Origin: Histomonas meleagridis 2922-C6/04-290x
Lineage: Eukaryota; Protista; Parabasalia
Length of the DNA: 64,000 nucleotides
Direction: 5' to 3'
NCBI GenBank assembly: GCA_020184695.1
Contig: JAANOX010000126.1
Coordinates: forward strand, 248,001 to 312,000
The number at the start of each line of letters is the position of its first letter. The stretch's first letter is position 1. Under the pieces are notes generated by a model. That model was not told where the DNA came from, made no database searches, and saw nothing but the letters and a program-made list of their open reading frames with translations. A program made the position numbers and the translations under genes. Below, piece by piece: positions 10,223-20,547 of this stretch.

Positions 10223-13087
10223 TTAAATATTCGACATCATTGATGTGGATTCCTCATCAACATCATCATTACTTTTCCCTGTTATTTTTGCAGTCAAATC
10301 CAATATTGTATCTGCAATTTTATCAATATAATTTTGTGCATCATTTGGCTTATTCCTATAGATACCCTTTAATTCTTGTATGTACTTAAAGAGTTCTTGA
10401 ATTTCTGGTTGTCTATCAGCAATACTTTCTAAGTCATCTTTCATTTTTTTCTTTATTTCTTCATTCTCCTTCTGTAAAGTATTCAAATCCATTCTTTTCA
10501 GTTCTTTTTCAACGTCCACAGCTTTTTGATTGATGTTACTTACTTCCGATTGAATACTTTTGAATTCGTTTTTGATGTTCGAAATTTGTTTTAACGTATC
10601 AATAATTTCATTTTTATTCTTCATATATTTAACATTAACATTCCGATACTTATGCATTAACTTCCTTATTATTTGGTTATTGTTTTCATATACTCGTTGT
10701 TGATAATTATAAAAACATTGGTAATAATTTGACTTGTTTTTGATCGTGGATTTGTCAGGCAAAACCGTCGGATCGATTTCTTCAGAATTTTGTTGAACTT
10801 CACCAAACATTTCATTAAGTATTGAAAGTTCGGATTTTGTTAAGTTTATTTCGGTTTTGTTTTCAAATTGATGTGATTTATATTGATTAGATAAAGAAAT
10901 ATATTTCGATTCAAGATATGATATAATTTCATTCGTGTAATAATTAGAATCAATATTATGCGACTGATGTAACGATTCCTTACATTGATTAAATGCTTGC
11001 TTAGATGCATCAAAAACTGATCTTGTGATTTCTTCAATAGTTTTCGGAGATGTTAAAAGTTCTTTAGCTTCATCAAATAGTTCATCCGATTGGTTCTCTT
11101 GAAACATATGCAAAAGTGAAGATACTTTTTCGAAATTTTGATATTCAATTCTTAAAAGTTCAATATTATCAAAATATTTTTGCTCATAATCATCCCTTAA
11201 TTTGATTAATTTGTTGAATTTCTCGGATAATGACATAATTGGATCATCTTCTTTTATCAGTTCAAATTTTGATGAAAAACTAACTAACCCTAAATTAGAT
11301 GAAAAAACTTGTTTCGTTATATCATATGATCCACATAAAGACCATTTAGAATCTTTATATCTCCATATGTCATTAAGCTTATTTCCTTTTTCGTCAAAGC
11401 CGCCTGCAATATAGAAATAACCGTCACGATAGAACGATTGATGTGAATGTCTGTGGGGTGGCCCGTCGGTTGTAATAAAATGCCACGAAGGATTCGTTAT
11501 GTCATGTGAACTTAAATCAAGTTCCCACAAGTCGTTTAAAACCGCTTTGTTTTCTGATAAACCGCCGAAAAGGTAAATTTTTTTGTCGCAAATTGTCATT
11601 GTGTGATGTATTCGAGAAATTGGTTTATCACCTGTTGGAATGAAATCTCGATACGTACAAATGCCATTGCAATAAATTATTAATAAAAGTTTCGATGAAA
11701 ATTTGGAACAACATAACCCGCCAAATGTATAAATATATGTTTTCCCATTTCGTTTTAATGCAGCAGAACAATGATTCGTTAACATTGGATATGTTGATCC
11801 TAATGTTCTTGAATGAAACCATTTAGTCTTCTTACAATCAAAAACCCATAAATCTGTTCCGTGATCTGCACCATCTCCCCCAAGAAGTCCGAATTTAGAT
11901 TTACTAACTTGGAATAAAGAGAAATCAGTTCTTTTCCCAGGCACTTGTTCCAAATCTAGACGAACAAATTTTTCATTTAATTCATATGAATAATATGATG
12001 AAATTTTTGTTTCAGTATTGAATAAAAATAACCCTACATCATTCCCTGAGATAAAGCCGACCAAATTTTCTGTTGATTTTGGGAATTCATCATTTTCTTC
12101 TTTTGGAATTAACGGTTGCTCTTCCTTAACGGTCGCCTTTGATGGCTTTGGTTCGAATTGGAACTGATCAGTGGACTTTATGAGCTCCATGATGTGTGGT
12201 GGGATTTCTGGTATTTTCCCTCCAATGGCGAATGAGTTTCGAGATGTTGAAGATTCTGATTCACTTATTGAATCACTCGCTGATTCAAAACGTGATGGAG
12301 ATAACTCACCTAACATTTTCATCTGTGCTGAAGAGAGCTTTCTTTGTAATCTAGCATTGCTTTTGTATAAAGGCCTTTTGTGATTGATGGAGCCAAGATC
12401 ACTTGAGCTAAATGAAATTGGAGCCCTTGTGGCTGATTTTGTAGCTTTCCTAACTACATGCTTTGACCTAAGTGTGATATTAGGTGTTTTCAGTGATGAC
12501 TCAAGACTTTGTGATGGAGATTCTTCACTAGGAGCAAGTTGATGTATTGATTCTTCTTGACTCACTGAATCATTTTTAGAAGGTTCACTGATTTCTGTGA
12601 ATTCTAAACTACTTGAAATGATAATTGGTGAATTTATATCACTTAATAATTTGGGTTTTTCTTCTTTATCAGCATTATCAGGATTACTGTTTTCTAAATT
12701 TTGCTTGTTATCAATTGAATCTGAATGTTCCTTAGTTGATGGTTTTTCAATTTCTGTGCTTTTTGTATTTTCACCTGAAGAAGAACCAGAATTATTATCA
12801 GACGAAACAGAACCTTCAGATTTTTTTGTTGAAGAATTATTATCACTTGAAGAGGGAACCATTGCTTGACTATCATAACTTGATGACGCTTCACCAGACG
12901 ATGATGAATCTAGATTACTTCCAGAGGAAGAATATGAACTACTTTGTTGAGTGTTTGATGAAGATGATGTTGTTTCGGAGTCACTTTCTGATGAATCTTG
13001 GTCACTATCTTCTGAGGATATTTTCTTTTTTGTTATACTTTGTTTGCTCATTTTTTTTTCTTCTGCTTGAAGACCGTTAATATGCAT
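10223..13087 (-). CDS. Ser-rich N-terminus + Kelch-repeat propeller + C-terminal coiled coil
   Basis: Kelch GG motifs (FGLLGGDG, YTFGGL, IYLFGGLS, FYIAGGFD) with W-terminated blades; heptad-rich C-terminus. Confidence 0.8.
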   Translation of the reverse strand: MHINGLQAEEKKMSKQSITKKKISSEDSDQDSSESDSETTSSSSNTQQSSSYSSSGSNLDSSSSGEASSSYDSQAMVPSSSDNNSSTKKSEGSVSSDNNSGSSSGENTKSTEIEKPSTKEHSDSIDNKQNLENSNPDNADKEEKPKLLSDINSPIIISSSLEFTEISEPSKNDSVSQEESIHQLAPSEESPSQSLESSLKTPNITLRSKHVVRKATKSATRAPISFSSSDLGSINHKRPLYKSNARLQRKLSSAQMKMLGELSPSRFESASDSISESESSTSRNSFAIGGKIPEIPPHIMELIKSTDQFQFEPKPSKATVKEEQPLIPKEENDEFPKSTENLVGFISGNDVGLFLFNTETKISSYYSYELNEKFVRLDLEQVPGKRTDFSLFQVSKSKFGLLGGDGADHGTDLWVFDCKKTKWFHSRTLGSTYPMLTNHCSAALKRNGKTYIYTFGGLCCSKFSSKLLLIIYCNGICTYRDFIPTGDKPISRIHHTMTICDKKIYLFGGLSENKAVLNDLWELDLSSHDITNPSWHFITTDGPPHRHSHQSFYRDGYFYIAGGFDEKGNKLNDIWRYKDSKWSLCGSYDITKQVFSSNLGLVSFSSKFELIKEDDPIMSLSEKFNKLIKLRDDYEQKYFDNIELLRIEYQNFEKVSSLLHMFQENQSDELFDEAKELLTSPKTIEEITRSVFDASKQAFNQCKESLHQSHNIDSNYYTNEIISYLESKYISLSNQYKSHQFENKTEINLTKSELSILNEMFGEVQQNSEEIDPTVLPDKSTIKNKSNYYQCFYNYQQRVYENNNQIIRKLMHKYRNVNVKYMKNKNEIIDTLKQISNIKNEFKSIQSEVSNINQKAVDVEKELKRMDLNTLQKENEEIKKKMKDDLESIADRQPEIQELFKYIQELKGIYRNKPNDAQNYIDKIADTILDLTAKITGKSNDDVDEESTSMMSNI

Positions 13088-13506
13088 TTCAAACCGTTTT
13101 GGTACACCCCAATATTTTCATAAATTTCTTTCTTCTATTCTTTTTCTACTTATTTTTCCAAATTTTAATATAAAATAATTCAATTTTTTTCTGTAAAATT
13201 CATATAATAATTTTTTTATGTTAAATTTTATAATTTCATTTCTTTTATGTAAATCATCCTCAAATTTTCTTCTTCAAAATAATCATGTTTACAATTTCTT
13301 TATATTTTATCTTTTTATCACAAAAGATAAAATTATTGCCAATATTACAGTTGAAATAACGATTGCATTATTAATTTTCTTTATGTTTTGATGGAATCCT
13401 TCAATGATTTCAACATGTTCAAGTTACTTCACATCCGACACTTTTGTTCAATGGCTATTACACAAATTGATAACTTTTATTGCGGTTTATGTGAATCTTA
13501 TTTTGG

Positions 13507-15960
13507 ATGAAGCCTCAAGCCAAGGGCCGTAGGATGTCACGAAATAAAAGTCGTGACGAAGATGAATCATGTTACGATTTACGTGTTAAACTTGGTGATA
13601 ATGATACAGTCCCAAGAGAAATTCACTTCTCTCAGAACCATGCTTCACGTGTTCAAATCGAAACTAATGTATACGACCTTACATTATCACAAAATAAACA
13701 AATTTATCAATACACAGTTACGCTTATACCAGAAATTTTAAGCCCAAGACTTATCAACCATTATCTTTATACGGCATTATGTCCAGAAGGTGGTCCAATG
13801 GGTACAAACGAACGCTGGCAAAATATTATTTTTGATGGGCAACATATTCTTTATACAACTTATCCTGATCTTGCTAATGAATATCCTGTAAAGCCTAGTA
13901 ATGATTCGGACAAAGAAATCATTGTCAAGATCGACCAAGCTCGTCAAATCTCACCTGATGATATTCAATCACTTCTTACAATATATAATACAACATTCCA
14001 TAAAGCATATCATACACTTGGGCTTACTCCATTTCGACAAAAATGGATTGATGACCGAAGTGGTCAACGTGCAGGGGGCTTTTCAATCAAGTCAGGATTT
14101 ATTCCATCAGTTGCCCAATTATCAAGTGGGTTATCATATTTAATTGATACTGCATCACGTATAGATCGTCAAGGGACTCTTACGGACTATCTTTCTGAAG
14201 GAATTAACAATCCAAATCGTCGTCAATTTCTTGAAGAATCAATCCGATCACTTCAACTCCAAACGAGTCACATGAAAAAGAAGCAACGTCAGATTGTCCC
14301 CCACAAAATCTTATGGGACCAAAAACCACAAACCCAACAATTTGATCGATATGATCCTAAGACGAAAGAAACCACCAAAATGACAATTTCCCAATACTTT
14401 GAACAAGTATATAACCACAAGTGTAGAAACAACGATGTTCTTATCGACATTGTTTCCAAGCGTGATGGTAAGGAAAATCATCTCTTATTCCCATCATCAG
14501 TCATCAGCATTTCCGGCATTACTGATGCAGAGCGACGCAGTGGTTCAACGATGCGTGATATTGCCAAGCATACGAAGATGACAGCTTCTGAGCGTAAGCA
14601 AAAATTAGATAATTTTGTGAACACGCTTAAGGGCGAATCGCACACGTCGACCTTCTTAAAGAATTGGGGCTTCGAAATTGGGCAAAGCAAGAAAGTCGAC
14701 GGGTATCAAATCCAAGCGCCGACGTTAAGTTTCACAAATAAGAGCGGAACCATTGATTCACGTCCGGACGACAAGTTGTCATTCCAAGGCAAGTGGCGTG
14801 AATATGGCCTATATCAGGCGCCACAGTTTAAGTCCAATATATTGTTAGTTACATTACCTGAACAACGTGGCATTGAACAACGTTTTAGAAGTGATTTAGA
14901 AAAGGTTTCAACTGGTTTGGGCATTCATTTACCACAAATTAAGGTAATCCACGCACAAAACCCACACCCGAATAGCTATAACCTTGCCATCCTTGAGGAG
15001 ATCGACAAGAACGGAGTACCATCATTTATTATATGCTTATTAAGAGATAACAAAAAAGAATATTATGACAAAATTAAAGAGATGTTAACGGTCAACTTGG
15101 GTATGCCCTCACAGTGTATCGTCGAGAATACAATCAGCAGAAGCAAGGGGTTAAGCGTGGCAACAAACATAGCCATTCAAATTGCAAGTAAAATTAAAGG
15201 GGTGCCCACAAAAGTGTCATCCCATGACATATCGTTGGGTCATACAATGGTTATCGGATTATCGATAACGATCTCAAGAGGCTCATCACCAGTATGCGCT
15301 GGTACAGCTTCTACGAATAATGACTTGTCACAATTTCATTCGAGATCATTTGGATTACAACCTGGACAAAATATTATCCCTAATGATGTCCTTTGTGAGT
15401 TCTTGACAAGTGCATTAGATGAATATAAACTTCAAAATGGAGAATTCCCAAAGCGTATCGTAGTATATCGTGAAGGTGTTAGTTATGGACAAATGCCAAA
15501 ACTAAAAGAAAATGAAGTGAAAAGCATAACGGAAACCTTAGAAAAAGTTACGGGCGATAGCAACATTTCTTTGGTTTACATGATCGCTCAGAAACATGGA
15601 TCAGTTCGAATTATGAAGGTGAACGGGAATAGCGTGGTAAATGCTGACGCTGGTACTGTCGTAACAGATCAAATTGGAGCTAAAGGCGTGGCTGAGTTTT
15701 ATTTGGTGTCTCATCACGCTAACCAAGGATCAGCAACACCAACAAGATACACAATAATACATCACTCGCCTGTCACATGGGAAGATGACCAACTGATTTT
15801 GTTGACTCATTACCAAACTTTGCAATATCCAAATTGGCCTGGCGCAATTCGAATTCCAGCTTGCTTGATGCTCGCGGGCAGATTGGCCGAAATGACAAAG
15901 TCTCATTTGGGTAGTAACCCGCCTCATCAGAATTTGTGGAACTTCTTGCACTTCCTTTGA
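13507..15960 (+). CDS. Argonaute/Piwi-family protein (N, PAZ, MID, PIWI), apparently lacking slicer residues
   Basis: PAZ TISQYFEQVYNHK; MID YYDKIK...PSQCI...NIAIQIASKIKG; PIWI FPKRIVVYREGVS, GTV, EFYLVSH, GSATPTRY, YPNWPGAIRIPA. Confidence 0.93.
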   Translation: MKPQAKGRRMSRNKSRDEDESCYDLRVKLGDNDTVPREIHFSQNHASRVQIETNVYDLTLSQNKQIYQYTVTLIPEILSPRLINHYLYTALCPEGGPMGTNERWQNIIFDGQHILYTTYPDLANEYPVKPSNDSDKEIIVKIDQARQISPDDIQSLLTIYNTTFHKAYHTLGLTPFRQKWIDDRSGQRAGGFSIKSGFIPSVAQLSSGLSYLIDTASRIDRQGTLTDYLSEGINNPNRRQFLEESIRSLQLQTSHMKKKQRQIVPHKILWDQKPQTQQFDRYDPKTKETTKMTISQYFEQVYNHKCRNNDVLIDIVSKRDGKENHLLFPSSVISISGITDAERRSGSTMRDIAKHTKMTASERKQKLDNFVNTLKGESHTSTFLKNWGFEIGQSKKVDGYQIQAPTLSFTNKSGTIDSRPDDKLSFQGKWREYGLYQAPQFKSNILLVTLPEQRGIEQRFRSDLEKVSTGLGIHLPQIKVIHAQNPHPNSYNLAILEEIDKNGVPSFIICLLRDNKKEYYDKIKEMLTVNLGMPSQCIVENTISRSKGLSVATNIAIQIASKIKGVPTKVSSHDISLGHTMVIGLSITISRGSSPVCAGTASTNNDLSQFHSRSFGLQPGQNIIPNDVLCEFLTSALDEYKLQNGEFPKRIVVYREGVSYGQMPKLKENEVKSITETLEKVTGDSNISLVYMIAQKHGSVRIMKVNGNSVVNADAGTVVTDQIGAKGVAEFYLVSHHANQGSATPTRYTIIHHSPVTWEDDQLILLTHYQTLQYPNWPGAIRIPACLMLAGRLAEMTKSHLGSNPPHQNLWNFLHFL

Positions 15961-16489
15961 ATGGAATGAGTTTTTACTTAATAAAAAACAAATTCAAAAA
16001 TAATCACAAAAAGTGGAAAGTACGTTACAATTCAATTGATGTCATCGTACTTCACAAACGTAAACGGTCGTTTGAATTAACGTCTTCATCTGCAACACGA
16101 AACGGACCGTCAGCAAAATGAGCAAAAACTGTCTGCGTGACTGTTATTTTTGTCTTGTTTTTACTGATGCCATTAATTAATTCGTGAATCATCTTGCAAT
16201 GGGAATGCGTGTGCGTAATTGGCTGATACTGGGAAAGTGTATGCTTTTCATTGCTAGAAATGAAGTTGTTGGTTGTGCGCGACAAAGGGGAATATTATTT
16301 CAGTGCCGGCCACAAAAATTTGACCATGGAAGATAAAAATTGTCCACTTTTTAACACAAAAATATCTGATCGTCTTTTCGGCATTAAAACTGTTCATTGG
16401 ACATTAAGAAATTGTCCACTTTTTTGCCAAAATTTATGATGTATGGCTCTTCCGCTTTTTCTATGAAAAACGATAAATGAAGCAGAAGT

Positions 16490-17935
16490 TTGTCACTTTT
16501 TGGAAAAAATGCCGAAATTAAAACGAGCAAAGCCGGAATGAGAGGACGAGTCGACGAGTTCATACGGATGTTCCGAAGCAAGTTAGGGAATGACCAGAAT
16601 GGGGATTTCGTTTTTGTTGATGATTTGATGTATCATTTTCAAATTTTGGTTTATTTAGAATTATTTTTTATAACTTTGAAATTTGCATTAGATAATGGTT
16701 TCAATGATGTTGCTAAATTAATTCTTGAGGGAACCAATGTTAATGCTTATTGGAAAATTTATTTTAATAACATGAAGTTTTAAAATAATGTTTGGAAATT
16801 TTTTAAATTATTTAAAACAGCACTTATAATTGCATCTGAAAATGGTGATATAGATATAGTTAAATTACTTCTTGAACAAGAAGGAATTGATATTAATGCT
16901 AAAGATATTTATTTGTTTTATTGAAAATTTATTTTAATAATTTTATATTCCAAAATAATATTTGGAAATTATTTAAATTATTTTGGACATCACTTATGAA
17001 AGCATCTTGGAATGGTCATACAGAAATAGTTAAATTACTTCTTGAACAAGAAGGAATTGATATTAATGCTAAAAATATTTATTTATTTTATTTAATATTT
17101 AATTTAATAATTTTATATTTCAAAATAATATTTGGAAATTATTTAAATTATTTCGAACAGCACTTATGAAAGCATCTTGGAATGTTCATACAGAAATAGT
17201 TAAATTACTTCTTGAACAAGAAGGAATTGATATTAATGCTAAAGATATTTATTTGTTTTATTTAATATTTATTTTAATAATTTAATATTTCAAAATAATG
17301 TTTGGAAATTATTTCAATTATTTAATACAGCACTTATGAAAGCATCTTGGAATGGTCATACAGAAATAGTTAAATTACTTCTTGAACAAGAAGGAATTGA
17401 TATTAATGCTAAAGGTATTTATTTGTTTTATTTGAAATTTATTTTAATAATTTAATATTTCAAAATAATATTTGGAAATTATTTAAATTATTCCATACAG
17501 CACTTATTTTTGCATCTCGATATGGTCATACAGAAATAGTTAAATTACTTCTTGAACAAGAAGGAATTGATATTAATGCTAAAAATATTTATTTATTTTA
17601 TTTAATATTTAATTTAATAATTTTATATTTCAAAATAATATTTGGAAATTATTTAAATTATTTCGAACAGCACTTATGAAAGCATCTTGGAATGGTCATA
17701 CAGAAATAGTTAAATTACTTCTTGAACAAGAAGGAATTGATATTAATGCTAAAGATATTTATTTGTTTTATTTAATATTTATTTTAATAATTTAATATTT
17801 CAAAATAATATTCGGAAATTATTTAAATTATTTAATACAGCAATTCTTTTATGTAATTGGGAAAAAGCATTTGAATTTATTCAACTTCTTGCAGATACAA
17901 CTGATAAAATTAACAAAATTTCTTCTCAACAATGA
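16490..17935 (+). CDS. Locus B: short ankyrin gene whose repeats are separated by 51/68-nt T-rich inserts
   Basis: Inr TCACT at 16493; repeat starts at 16670, 16817, 16987, 17157, 17327, 17497, 17667, 17837; unit TALMKASWNGHTEIVKLLLEQEGIDINAK(D/N); stop TGA at 17933-17935. Start codon uncertain (16509 out of frame, 16538 in frame). Confidence 0.75.
16817..17845 (+). repeat. Tandem array of six near-identical 170-bp units (102 nt ankyrin coding + 68 nt insert)
   Basis: The ACA (Thr) codons of the TAL motif recur at an exact 170-bp spacing. Confidence 0.95.
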
Positions 17936-18885
17936 AAATAAAATTCATAAACACCACTAATATTACTTTACTTTTTATTTGTTTCTTCGTTAACATCTCT
18001 TCTTTGACATTTGCAAAATTAATTCGCTTAACTTTTCGAGTGAAGTCCGACCAGATATAAGCTGAATATAAAATAGAAATATCTCGAAAATGAAATAACA
18101 ATTTTAATATGATCAAATAAATATTTTACTCAAATTGTTTCTTAATATTTTAAATTTTAGTGATATTTTCATTTCATGATTTTTAGGAAAACTATTATCA
18201 AAAATATTGAATGAAGAAAAAATTGTTACCATTTTTCTTATGAAGTCTTTTCAACAATTTTTTTCATGCAAAATAAATAAATCTATGTTAATGTGCATAT
18301 ATTTATTCTGTTGCAAGTATATTATAATTTAAAGTTTACCTCGATTTAAATCCGGAATTTACCATCATTTAAAAAGCCAATAGAAGTAAGAAAAAAACGG
18401 AGAATTTAATCAAAAATGTTTGTTGTTGCGAGCACAAAAATAAATTGAAAACCATTTAATTTACTCGTATGAGTTTAGTGGGTGGTGCTATACAATCTGT
18501 GAATTTATGGTTGATGTAATGCAGTTTACTGTGGATTGTGGTTGATTGATGCAGTATATGTAAAAATTATGGTGTTAATGATTTCCCTCTTTTTTAATCA
18601 CTAATCACTTGCATGTGTATCATTAATACACCCATTAATCTCACATGTGAAAACATGTTTTTGATTCATGTTCTTTTAATGCACCCAATTTATGGCAAGA
18701 AACGATTGAACATTTCAACATGATTTTCTGTGTTTGGTATTTAATATTTTTCACATCAACAACAATCGATTCCGCATCTATATTGAACTTTGTTGGAATT
18801 CTGTTCTTATCTTAAAAGTGACAACTCAATTTAAGTCAACCGTTTTATGCTTATTTATCTATTTGCTCGTAGATACCTTTAGACA

Positions 18886-19812
18886 GTGGGCACCACGAAT
18901 ATTATGTATGAAAAAAAATCATATACAAGACCTTTGCTATTTATTATTTTCGTGTTGATATACATATTAGTAATTGAACTATCCAAATTAAATCCATTAA
19001 TTCTTAATACTCAATTTCAACAAAAATTTCCTGTCTACATAGCTGCCCTTGTTACATCTGATGATTGGGTACGGTCCACTGTCCTTTATGATACATGGGG
19101 AAAAGAGATTGTTCAAAGATATGGTGGAATATTTAGATTTTCCGCAGCAACAACAAACGAACGTTTCGAAAACATAACTATTGTTAACCAATCACTAGCT
19201 GATCAAGATTACAAAAAACTTTTATATCTATTCAAAGATTCTGTTAAAGATTTTCTTGAAAATACAAACTTACATTGGATTTATCGAACAACTGAAGATT
19301 GCTTTGTAAATGTCGACTTATATGGCAAATATATTAAGAAGTTCTTTTCTCATAATTCACCTTTTCGATATGTTATCAAAGGACAACTTTGTGTGCTATC
19401 TTCAAAATTCTTTTATGCGCATGGTGGTAGTGGCTGGATAATGTCCAGAGCTGCTGCACGACGATTTTATGAACTGTTTGATGAAATTGAACCATATTAC
19501 GCATCAGTTAGTTATGGTGATGATGTTGTCCTCTATAATTTTACTTCTAGAATGGGAATTAATGCTGAAGACATAAAAGATGACCATTTTTTAGGTAGCT
19601 CCTTCACCAATTCAGACTTTGATGCATTAAGAACCGTTAATTTCACAGGTTTACGAAAATGCTACGGAAATGAGAAAATAAAATTGAAAAATATTGTGTT
19701 TTGGCATTCTGGAAGAGAAGATAATTTCCAGATGCTTCATGGTAAAGAGATCTCTAAGAGGTTACCTGATAATTTGTATTATCAATATCACAGAATGTGT
19801 TTAAATTTCTAA
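18886..19812 (+). CDS. Type-II membrane glycosyltransferase, GT31/Fringe-like
   Basis: N-terminal TM (LLFIIFVLIYILVI); WIYRTTEDCFVN (DxD-like), YAHGGSGWIMS, DDV. Confidence 0.7.
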   Translation: MGTTNIMYEKKSYTRPLLFIIFVLIYILVIELSKLNPLILNTQFQQKFPVYIAALVTSDDWVRSTVLYDTWGKEIVQRYGGIFRFSAATTNERFENITIVNQSLADQDYKKLLYLFKDSVKDFLENTNLHWIYRTTEDCFVNVDLYGKYIKKFFSHNSPFRYVIKGQLCVLSSKFFYAHGGSGWIMSRAAARRFYELFDEIEPYYASVSYGDDVVLYNFTSRMGINAEDIKDDHFLGSSFTNSDFDALRTVNFTGLRKCYGNEKIKLKNIVFWHSGREDNFQMLHGKEISKRLPDNLYYQYHRMCLNF

Positions 19813-20547
19813 GAGAATGTTTAAATATATAATAAAAAATGTTTTGTACAACAACTAAACAAAAAATAAAATTACTAATATTAATCTTTCATTATGAAAT
19901 ACATTTTTATGTATATTTTTAGACATTTTACTGTAATATCTATTACAGAAAAATAACAAAACCATTTTCTATATTAATATAACGTTATGATTTGTAATAT
20001 ATATAATAATCAAACAAATGAATAATTATTATATATTTTTCAAAAATACATTCCATACCATTATAAGACCCCATGTTGTGTGTCCCAATTGTCTCAAATA
20101 AAATCAACATTCAATGCGGAGTGGTAGATTGGATGTAGATTGCTGGAAACTGGGCCATTGTATCCCTAAAAAAAAGGAATATGTTTTCATCAACTTAATC
20201 TCAATACTCAAATAAATACAAACAATTACCATACTATCAGATTCAAATTTCTCTAATGTCAATGCAACAACATAAAGCACGGCACAAATTGAAGATAGGG
20301 GAAAAAAGGATGATCTTCAAAAAACGCTCATAGAGAAACGAATAGGTTCAAAAAAGTTTTGAAGAACAAAAAAAAAATTTCTATCGTTTATACGATAAAG
20401 CATTTCAATTCCATTGAGATTGAAAAAACCGTAAAAAACGTTACATTTGAACGTTTTTTTACTTTGAGAGTTCAAGGTTCATATATTTATATTGATGAAA
20501 ATCTTCTTCACCCGAAAAGCTTACAAAAATACAAATACTTTGATCGC

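Noticed and set aside
16052-16439. Short ORFs and the direct repeat AAATTGTCCACTTTTT (about 16338 and 16408)
   Set aside because: The ORFs lack ATG starts or recognisable motifs; the 16-bp repeat may be a promoter word but has no independent support.
16817-17845. CRISPR-like repeat/spacer array
   Set aside because: The repeated part encodes ankyrin, the spacers are near-identical to each other, the context is eukaryotic, and there are no cas genes.
13507-17935. Argonaute plus ankyrin array as a prokaryote-style defence operon
   Set aside because: Eukaryotic monocistronic context; interrupted ankyrin loci also occur 20-30 kb away, so adjacency is weak evidence. Kept only as a testable aside.
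18380-18720. G/T-skewed non-coding stretches (also about 20060-20160 and 63640-63740) as ncRNA or repeat family
   Set aside because: Only short motif similarity (GACAATTGGGA) and no recognisable RNA structure; needs a genome-wide search.
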